Assembly: GCA_002687895.1 (NCBI GenBank)
Contig: NZBL01000017.1
Span: 1 to 62,712 of the forward strand
From: a bacterium
Lineage (GTDB): Bacteria > Patescibacteriota > Patescibacteriia > UBA2169
Length of the DNA stretch: 62,712 bases
Reading direction: 5' to 3'
In this document: piece after piece, positions 56,257-62,712 of the stretch
Layout of the letters: each line of letters begins with the position of its first letter
Numbering within the stretch: position 1 is the stretch's first letter
Notes under the pieces: model-generated
Told to the model about the DNA's origin: nothing
Databases searched by the model: none
What the model saw: the letters and a program-made list of their open reading frames with translations, nothing else
Position numbers and translations under genes: made by a program

Positions 56257-57642
56257 TTATCCATTATACAGCCTCTGGCGAATTGAGCCAATATCCTGGC
56301 GAACGCGTTCATCTGAATCAAAATCTCTCTTTATCTTTGAATACGCGTGCATGGCAGTTGTATGATCCCTGCCTCCAAGCTCTTGCCCTATTGTTGGGTA
56401 TGATGCATCAAGCTCTTCGCGCATTAAATACATGGTAATCTGGCGCGGAACAACTAATTCCTTGCGCCGCGACTGGCCTGAAAGATCTTCCAAAGATATA
56501 TCAAAATATTCCGCTACAATTTTTACTAATTCGCGGATTGTGACCCCTCCCCTGCGCTGGCTTACTGTGATTGAGGATACAACCTCGCGCGCAACATCTA
56601 AGTCTGGAGAGGCATTATGAAGCTCTGCATACGCTAAAAGCCTGTTTAAGGCGCCCTCAAGCTCGCGAACATTGCTTTGGACATTAGTGGCTAAAAATCT
56701 TTGAACTTCCTCATCCAGCTCAATTCCGCGCTCTTTGCTCTTGGACTGCAAAATAGCCATTCTGGTTTCTAAATCCGGACTAGAGATATCAGCGATCATT
56801 CCCCATTCAAAACGAGAGATCAAGCGCTCTTCTAAAGCGGGAATTGCTTTTGGAGGCCTGTCAGAAGTAAGCACAATCTGCTTGTGCGAATCGCGCAACG
56901 CGTTGAACACATGGAAAAACTGCTCTTGGGTCTGCTCTTTGCCTCCTATGAACTGAATATCGTCAACCAGCAAAAGATCAGGAGTTCTGTATTTGTGCTT
57001 GAATTTATCTACATTGCCGGACTGCAAAGATGAAACATAATCATTTGTAAACTGCTCCCCTGTGATATACAGAATTTTGAGTGATTGGTTATTAAGCAAA
57101 AGCTCATTCCCAACTGCAAGCATTAAATGGGTCTTTCCCAATCCAACGCCCCCGTACAAAAACAAGGGATTATACTTTGTACCAGGCTCTTTGGCAACTC
57201 TAACTGACGCGGCATACGCGAGCTCGTTTCCTTTGCCAACGATATAGTTCGCGAAAATATACCTAACATTTAATCCGCTGTCTTTTGCGCCCGAAGCCTG
57301 CGGCTGCACGTCTTGAACAGCTTCTGATGATTCGCTGCCTGCTTCAGCGGCCGTAACATCGCCAACAGAAACACTGCCTGAATCAACATGCTTAGCAGTT
57401 TCTACTCGGTACTCAATATATGAAATCTTATTTTCACTAATATTCTGAAGCACCTCAAGAATTGATTTATGGTATTTGTTTTCAAGCCACGCTTTGGTGA
57501 AATTATTCGGCACAGCAACCACCACCTTATTATCCTGCCAGTCAATAATAAATGTGTTGCGGAACCATGTTGTGAAATGCACCTTAGAAACCGAGAGCTC
57601 AAGCTCTCCAAGCGTGGCTTGCCAGAGTTGCTCGCTGTTCAT
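56257..57642 (-). CDS. dnaA: Chromosomal replication initiator DnaA
   Basis: LFLYGGVGLGKTHL, the sensor motifs and a C-terminal DNA-binding domain (VVPRQITMYLMREELDASYPTIGQELGGRDHTTAMHAY) are present. Confidence 0.95.
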   Translation of the reverse strand: MNSEQLWQATLGELELSVSKVHFTTWFRNTFIIDWQDNKVVVAVPNNFTKAWLENKYHKSILEVLQNISENKISYIEYRVETAKHVDSGSVSVGDVTAAEAGSESSEAVQDVQPQASGAKDSGLNVRYIFANYIVGKGNELAYAASVRVAKEPGTKYNPLFLYGGVGLGKTHLMLAVGNELLLNNQSLKILYITGEQFTNDYVSSLQSGNVDKFKHKYRTPDLLLVDDIQFIGGKEQTQEQFFHVFNALRDSHKQIVLTSDRPPKAIPALEERLISRFEWGMIADISSPDLETRMAILQSKSKERGIELDEEVQRFLATNVQSNVRELEGALNRLLAYAELHNASPDLDVAREVVSSITVSQRRGGVTIRELVKIVAEYFDISLEDLSGQSRRKELVVPRQITMYLMREELDASYPTIGQELGGRDHTTAMHAYSKIKRDFDSDERVRQDIGSIRQRLYNG

Positions 57643-57776
57643 AACGCCTAGTACTATAGCATAAATTTATTTTGTGTAAAATAATAACAACTCGTGCACA
57701 TGGTGTGCATATTGTGTGGAAACTTGCAAAATGAGAAAATTTTCACTATACTAGGCATACCAATTATATAATTATT
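57643..57776. promoter_or_regulatory. dnaA-rpmF divergent promoter region with degenerate DnaA boxes (possible oriC part)
   Basis: AT-rich region with TGTGGAAAC (57715-57723) and TGTGCATAT (57704-57712), each 7/9 to TGTGGATAA, and TGTGTAAAA (57672-57680, 6/9). The rpmF promoter is TTGCAA-N17-TATACT, and a dnaA promoter reads TTTACA-N16-TATAGT on the minus strand. Confidence 0.35.
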
Positions 57777-57962
57777 ATGTCAGTACCAACAAAGCGAAGA
57801 ACTTCATCACAGCACAAGCGCAGAGCATCGCACTTTGCTTTAAAAAAAGCAGTATTTTCCGAATGCGCAAAATGCAGCGCCCGCGTATTAGCGCATAGAA
57901 TATGTCCAGAATGCGGAGAATACAAAAAGCAGGCCAAATCAGGCGAATCAAAAAAAGCCTAA
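57777..57962 (+). CDS. rpmF: 50S ribosomal protein L32
   Basis: MSVPTKRRTSSQHKRRASHFALK...C..C...HRICPECGEY. Confidence 0.9.
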   Translation: MSVPTKRRTSSQHKRRASHFALKKAVFSECAKCSARVLAHRICPECGEYKKQAKSGESKKA

Positions 57963-57974
57963 TAGAACTTTTAT

Positions 57975-58478
57975 ATGTCAAACAGGCATCTTGCTCGGAC
58001 CGTTGCCATGCAAAGCCTATATGAATGGGACTTTAATGGTAGAAAGAGCAACACATTAACAGATATTACCAAAAAAAATCTGGTTAGCTTAGCCCCTGGT
58101 CTTGCTGACCAAGATTTTGTATTAAAACTGGCTAAAGGTGTGGAAGAAAAGCAAGATGAGATTGACAAGACAATTACCGGCTATGCCCCAGAATGGCCAT
58201 TGGACCAGATTACTGTTGTTGATAGGAATGTGCTTCGCATTGGCATTTTTGAATTATCTCTAGATACTGCTATTCCACCCAAAGTCGCGATCAATGAAGC
58301 AATTGAGCTTGCAAAAAGCTTTGGAGGCGCAAGTAGCGGCAAATTTGTTAATGGCGTATTAGGCTCTATTTACAAAGATATGGTTTCACAGAATCATCCT
58401 AAAGTTGCTGCAGATACTTCTGGCGATAAAAAAGAAGAAAATATTAAAGAAGACCCGCCCAAGGCGGATAATAAATAA
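57975..58478 (+). CDS. nusB: Transcription antitermination factor NusB
   Basis: [17 protein letters not shown]...[13 protein letters not shown]...[27 protein letters not shown]. Confidence 0.9.
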   Translation: MSNRHLARTVAMQSLYEWDFNGRKSNTLTDITKKNLVSLAPGLADQDFVLKLAKGVEEKQDEIDKTITGYAPEWPLDQITVVDRNVLRIGIFELSLDTAIPPKVAINEAIELAKSFGGASSGKFVNGVLGSIYKDMVSQNHPKVAADTSGDKKEENIKEDPPKADNK

Positions 58479-58480
58479 CT

Positions 58481-59170
58481 ATGAAGGATTTCACGCCTTT
58501 GGAGGAAAAAATTGATATTAAATTTAAAAAAGCAGAACTCTTGCAGCAGGCTTTAGTTCATAGGTCATACTTGAACGAGAACCCTAATTTTGAATTGGAC
58601 CATAATGAGCGCTTAGAATTTTTAGGTGATGCTGTTTTGGAGTTGGTTGTTACTGAACACCTATATAATAACTACCCCAATCCAGAAGGAGAGCTTACTA
58701 ATTGGCGTGCAGCTTTGGTAAACGCAACCACATTAGCCGCAACTGCAAAAGAAATGGAATTAGAGGATTTCTTATATCTCTCTCGCGGAGAATCTAAGGA
58801 TGGCAACACCAAGGCGCGTAATTATATTTTAGCTAATGCCATGGAAGCAGTAATTGGTTCTGTGTATCTTGATCAAGGATATGAAGTGAGTGAGAAGTTT
58901 ATAGGAAAATGGATTCTTTCTAAACTGCCTAACATTTTAAAGCATGAACTATACCGCGACGCAAAGACCGCGTTCCAAGAAGCAGCGCAAGAAAAATTAG
59001 GCACAACTCCTACATATCACGTTGTTAGCGAAGAAGGGCCTGACCACAACAAAGAGTTTACCATAGAAATTAAACTTGGTAATGAAGTTATAGCCGAAGG
59101 AACTGGCACATCCAAACAAGAAGCAGAAACCGACGCTGCCAGAGCTGGGCTTGAGGCTAAAGGCTGGTAG
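58481..59170 (+). CDS. rnc: Ribonuclease III
   Basis: NERLEFLGDAVLELVV is the RNase III signature, with a C-terminal dsRBD (GPDHNKEFTIEIKLGNEVIAEGTGTSKQEAETDAA). Confidence 0.9.
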   Translation: MKDFTPLEEKIDIKFKKAELLQQALVHRSYLNENPNFELDHNERLEFLGDAVLELVVTEHLYNNYPNPEGELTNWRAALVNATTLAATAKEMELEDFLYLSRGESKDGNTKARNYILANAMEAVIGSVYLDQGYEVSEKFIGKWILSKLPNILKHELYRDAKTAFQEAAQEKLGTTPTYHVVSEEGPDHNKEFTIEIKLGNEVIAEGTGTSKQEAETDAARAGLEAKGW

Positions 59171-59225
59171 CTAAATAATACTATCTATATAACACAATAG
59201 GGCTGTTTTGTGGTACAATATTCGT

Positions 59226-61451
59226 ATGTATTTAGAAAAACTAGAACTCCAAGGCTTTAAATCATTTGCCCAAAAGACAGTAATGGAATTTCCAAAGCTG
59301 CGCGGGAGCAATCCTGATATTGCCGCTATTGTGGGGCCAAATGGAAGTGGAAAATCCAATGTTGCGGATTCAGTTCGCTGGGTATTGGGTGAGCAGAGTT
59401 TGAAATTACTCCGCGGCAAACGCGCAGAAGATGTAATATTTTCTGGGTCTGGAACTAAAGCTCGCTTAGGCTTTGCGGAAGTTTCGCTATTTTTGAATAA
59501 TAATGATAAGAAAGCAAATATTGATTATGATCAAGTAGTTGTAAAAAGAAGAGTATACCGCAATGGAGAAAGCGAGTATCACATCAATAATTCAAAAGTT
59601 CGCTTGGCAGATATACAGCTCTTGCTTGCGCAAGCCAATTTCGGGCAACGCACCTATAGCGTAATTGGGCAAGGCATGACAGACGCAATACTATCAAGCA
59701 CCCCATATGAACGAAAAAATTTTTTTGATGAAGCAACCGGAGTAAAGCAATATCAAATCAAACGCGAGCACGCTAAAAGCAAAATAAAAACCACAGAAGA
59801 AAATTTAGCTCAAGTAAAATCACTTATTCGCGAAATCAAGCCTCGCTTAAAAAATTTAGAACAGCAAATTGAAAAGCGAGAAAAACGAAAACATCTAGAA
59901 AAAGAATTGCATCATCTTCAGCTCAAGCATTATGGCTCATTATGGCATTCTACCAATACTAAGCTTGATGATTTGCGCGACAAAAAGAAAACAATTGAAA
60001 AATCACATCTCTCCTTAAACAAAAAACTTTCAGAACTGCAAAACAAACTCCAAAAACTTGAGCAAGAACAAAAGCAAGCAGATATTGGAGACTATGACAA
60101 AGTACAATCTGGTTATCAACAGGCCTTGACCAAGAAGAATGAACTAACAGGCGCCTTAGCTGGATTTACGCGCGAACTAGAAGTGCTTGAACGCCTAGAA
60201 AAAGCGCATCCTACTAATATTGATACAGAAAAGCTAGTTGAGAGCAGCCACAAGCAAATAGATCTGCTTGAAACTGTTATTAAGACAACAACTCTGGACG
60301 CGCTTAAAGACCTTCAATCAAAAGCAAAAAAATTAAAAAACGAAATTACAGATATCTTAAAAGACAAGGATTCAGCGCCGCGCGAAACAACCACGGAAAA
60401 AATCCATGAACTAACCAAAAAAATTAGATCTATTAAGCAAGAATTAGAAATCGCGGCCCAGGAAGTTGATAAAAAACAAAATCTTGTAACTGATTTGCGC
60501 AAAGTAGAATCAAAAGCAACATCAATTGTGTTTGATACGCAAAAGCAATATCAAAAACTCCAACTTGAGTTGAATGATGTATCAAGCAAAAAACATCATA
60601 TTGATGTTGAACTAGCAAAAATAGAAACTCGCAAGCATGATCTTTCACAAGAAATTGAACGCGAGGTTCGCGGAAATTTAAAAGAACGAATTAAAAATAC
60701 GCACAATAACGATAATCAATCTCACGACCATTGGCCTCGCATTGCGAACGTAAAAAGCGAGCTGGAAATGATTGGCGGGTTTGAGCCGGAAACAGATGAG
60801 GATTACAGCGAAACTAAAAAGCGACATGATTTCTTAGCAGAACAATTACATGATCTTGAAGACGCGCTTAAAAAAACCAACCAAGCATTGCATCAGCTGG
60901 ACGCGGTAATTGAAAAACAATTTAATAAATCATTTGAAAAAATTGAAAAAGGCTTTACTGAATACTTTAAAATACTTTTTAGCGGGGGAACTGCTTCTTT
61001 GACATTAAACCGCCAAACAGAGCTGGAAATGCTAAATGAAGATATTGCAGCTGGCTTAACAAAAAAAGAACAAGAACAATTGGCAAATACCATTAAAATG
61101 GGAATTGAAATAAAGGCATCCCCTCCCGGAAAAAAAGTCACTACAATTAACATGCTTTCTGGTGGTGAGCGAGCTTTAACATCAATCGCGCTTATATGCG
61201 CTATTATACGCGCTAACCCATCCCCTTTTGTTGTTTTGGATGAGGTTGATGCTGCTTTAGACGAAGCTAATTCAGAGCGCTTTGCCGCAATTTTAGAAAA
61301 ACTATCACATCAAACCCAATTTATAGCGATCACGCATAATAGGGCTACTATGGAGCAGGCAAATATTTTGTATGGAGTTACAATGGGCGAAGACGGGGTA
61401 AGCAAACTCTTATCAATTGACCTAGAAAAAGCAGTAGAAAATATTGCTTGA
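59226..61451 (+). CDS. smc: SMC-like chromosome segregation ATPase, unusually short (about 740 aa)
   Basis: MYLEKLELQGFKSF, Walker A GPNGSGKSN, the signature LSGGERALTSIAL and Walker B VVLDEVDAALD are present. The ~500 aa in between are continuous coiled coil. Confidence 0.8.
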   Translation: MYLEKLELQGFKSFAQKTVMEFPKLRGSNPDIAAIVGPNGSGKSNVADSVRWVLGEQSLKLLRGKRAEDVIFSGSGTKARLGFAEVSLFLNNNDKKANIDYDQVVVKRRVYRNGESEYHINNSKVRLADIQLLLAQANFGQRTYSVIGQGMTDAILSSTPYERKNFFDEATGVKQYQIKREHAKSKIKTTEENLAQVKSLIREIKPRLKNLEQQIEKREKRKHLEKELHHLQLKHYGSLWHSTNTKLDDLRDKKKTIEKSHLSLNKKLSELQNKLQKLEQEQKQADIGDYDKVQSGYQQALTKKNELTGALAGFTRELEVLERLEKAHPTNIDTEKLVESSHKQIDLLETVIKTTTLDALKDLQSKAKKLKNEITDILKDKDSAPRETTTEKIHELTKKIRSIKQELEIAAQEVDKKQNLVTDLRKVESKATSIVFDTQKQYQKLQLELNDVSSKKHHIDVELAKIETRKHDLSQEIEREVRGNLKERIKNTHNNDNQSHDHWPRIANVKSELEMIGGFEPETDEDYSETKKRHDFLAEQLHDLEDALKKTNQALHQLDAVIEKQFNKSFEKIEKGFTEYFKILFSGGTASLTLNRQTELEMLNEDIAAGLTKKEQEQLANTIKMGIEIKASPPGKKVTTINMLSGGERALTSIALICAIIRANPSPFVVLDEVDAALDEANSERFAAILEKLSHQTQFIAITHNRATMEQANILYGVTMGEDGVSKLLSIDLEKAVENIA

Positions 61452-61467
61452 CTGCCGCTAGACAGGC

Positions 61468-61496
61468 TTGACACAATCAAAAATTTTAGATAGTAT
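61468..61496 (+). promoter_or_regulatory. Consensus sigma-70 promoter of rpsP
   Basis: TTGACA, a 17-nt spacer and TAGTAT. The ATG is 15 nt after the -10 box. Confidence 0.65.
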
Positions 61497-61511
61497 CCTG
61501 TTATTACAAAT

Positions 61512-61958
61512 ATGCTAGCAATTCGCCTACAACGCATTGGCAAAAAGAACCGACCTTCATATCGGGTTGTTGTGTCTGAACATAAGCGCGATTTATATGG
61601 CAAGCACAATGAAATTTTAGGAAATTACGATCCAGTTAGCGAGCCAAAGCAAATTAACCTGAAAGTTGACAGAATTAAGCACTGGCTTTCTGTTGGCGCC
61701 CAGCCCTCTGCTACAGTTCAAAACCTTTTGGTGAAAGAAAATATTATTGAGGATAAAAAGATAAAATCTTGGAGGCCTAAAGTTAAAAAAGAAAAAAAGG
61801 AAGGAGATGAGAAAGAACCTAAAGCAGAAGCGCCAAAAGAAGAAAAGTCAGAAGATGCAAAACCAAAGCCAGAAGCAAAGCAAGAAGATAAGCCAAAAGA
61901 CGAAAAGCCAGCCCAAGAGAAAAAGGATGAACCAGCTGCTGACGAATCAAAAAAATAA
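61512..61958 (+). CDS. rpsP: 30S ribosomal protein S16 with a K/E/P-rich C-terminal tail
   Basis: MLAIRLQRIGKKNRPSYRVVV...WLSVGAQPS is followed by about 60 aa of KEKKEGDEKEPKAEAPKEEK-type low complexity. Confidence 0.9.
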   Translation: MLAIRLQRIGKKNRPSYRVVVSEHKRDLYGKHNEILGNYDPVSEPKQINLKVDRIKHWLSVGAQPSATVQNLLVKENIIEDKKIKSWRPKVKKEKKEGDEKEPKAEAPKEEKSEDAKPKPEAKQEDKPKDEKPAQEKKDEPAADESKK

Positions 61959-61966
61959 TCAATTCC

Positions 61967-61992
61967 AAAACCATCCGCAAGGGTGGTTTTTT
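61967..61992 (+). terminator. Intrinsic terminator after rpsP
   Basis: AACCATCC-GCAA-GGGTGGTT is followed by TTTT. Confidence 0.7.
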
Positions 61993-62014
61993 GTATCCCA
62001 ACATGTATATGACA

Positions 62015-62042
62015 TTGACAAAACACTTTAATATGCTATAGT
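62015..62042 (+). promoter_or_regulatory. Sigma-70-type promoter of the KH-domain gene
   Basis: TTGACA, a 16-nt spacer and TATAGT. Confidence 0.6.
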
Positions 62043-62147
62043 AATTTATGCTTATATACTACGAAATCTCGCATAGAGTTTGGTCACTCAATGCCCACAG
62101 AATTCAGTATAGAGCAGTTTAACAAGCTACTATTAATGTAAATCAGT

Positions 62148-62516
62148 ATGGCAGAATTAGACCAAGAATTCTTAGAATTCGTCGTTAAGTCTCTGGTAGA
62201 TCATCCAGATGACGTACAGGTCGAAAGAACTGTAGACGAAATGGGTGTTCTATTAACACTCAAGACCAATCCAGAGGATATGGGCCAAATAATCGGCCGC
62301 TCTGGAAACACTGCGCGCGCCATTAGAACGCTTTTGCGTGTTGTAGGCGCAAAGAACAATGCTCGCGTTAACCTCAAAATTTATGAACCAGAAGGTTCTA
62401 ACAGAGGTCCGCGCAGAGACGACAGAGGTGGACCAGACAGGCGCGACAGCGCACCTCAAGCTGCAGCTCCCCAAGAGGAAGCAGATGTAAGCGCAGTAGA
62501 CGACCTAAAATTGTAA
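62148..62516 (+). CDS. KH-domain RNA-binding protein (YlqC/UPF0109-like) with an R/D/P-rich tail
   Basis: LVDHPDDVQVERTVDEMGVLLTLKTNPEDMGQIIGRSGNTARAIRTLLRV. It sits in the conserved rpsP-KH-trmD context. Confidence 0.8.
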   Translation: MAELDQEFLEFVVKSLVDHPDDVQVERTVDEMGVLLTLKTNPEDMGQIIGRSGNTARAIRTLLRVVGAKNNARVNLKIYEPEGSNRGPRRDDRGGPDRRDSAPQAAAPQEEADVSAVDDLKL

Positions 62517-62540
62517 TCTTTTAAAAGATTGAAAAATTCT

Positions 62541-62570
62541 AAAAACCGTGTTATTCTAATGCACGGTTTT
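62541..62570 (+). terminator. Hairpin plus T-run after the KH gene
   Basis: AAAACCGTG-N11-CACGGTTTT. Confidence 0.6.
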
Positions 62571-62581
62571 TAGTTTAACGA

Positions 62582-62623
62582 CGTCACCCTGAGCGATCCG
62601 CCAGCTGGCGGAGAAGGGTCTTG
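62582..62623. repeat. GC-rich hairpin repeat, copy 3 (upstream of trmD)
   Basis: GTCACCCTGAGCGATCCGCCAGCTGGCGGAGAAGGGTCTTGTC. The core CCGCCAGCTGGCGG is a perfect 14-bp palindrome, and the element is close to copy 1. Confidence 0.7.
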
Positions 62624-62631
62624 TCAATAAT

Positions 62632-62712
62632 ATGAAATTTGATGTAATAACAATTTTTCCAAATATTTTTGATTCCTATTTAGGCGAGTCTATTTTAGGT
62701 CGCGCGCAAAAA
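62632..62712 (+). CDS. trmD: tRNA (guanine37-N1)-methyltransferase TrmD, 5' end only (runs off the window)
   Basis: ATG at 62632 gives MKFDVITIFPNIFDSYLGESILGRAQK, a typical TrmD N-terminus. It is not in the ORF track because it is partial. Confidence 0.8.
   Translation, partial: MKFDVITIFPNIFDSYLGESILGRAQK

Overview
A 62.7-kb, AT-rich bacterial chromosomal window. Its style fits a Candidate Phyla Radiation / Patescibacteria-like genome (inference only): compact housekeeping genes, Lys-rich tails on RpoD, RNase J, S16 and the KH protein, CCA-encoded tRNAs, a type IV pilus ATPase and a giant surface protein. Most of the window is core. Recognisable genes are rpoD, dnaG, ppsA, pyk, groES-groEL (with a CIRCE operator), uvrA, uvrC, pcrA/uvrD, secG, an OppA-like binding protein, rnj, trpS, a phosphohexomutase, glyA, folD, ruvB, hsp20, tsaD, valS, pilB, dnaA, rpmF, nusB, rnc, a short smc, rpsP and trmD (partial). 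There are four clear tRNAs (Asn, Ser, Cys, Glu) and one atypical tRNA-like gene. The strongest finding is a complete diversity-generating retroelement (DGR) at 36662-39292, inserted between glyA and folD. It has an RT with YADD and LGNLTSQ motifs, an Avd-like four-helix-bundle gene, and a 134-bp template repeat matched to a variable repeat at the 3' end of a 234-aa target gene. All 21 TR/VR mismatches fall on template adenines. Its layout is unusual: avd is inverted and overlaps the RT start, a terminator lies between TR and RT, and the target is GC-rich with no signal peptide. Other points of interest are an ~830-bp GC-rich, hairpin-dense noncoding block (12977-13790) that I could not assign to any known RNA family, a small GC-rich islet carrying a TrmB-type regulator and a radical SAM/SPASM-like enzyme beside decayed RhuM and toxin-antitoxin remnants, a three-copy GC-hairpin repeat family, several operator-like palindromes, and a >900-aa surface protein missing from the ORF track. 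No CRISPR array, rRNA or transposase was seen.
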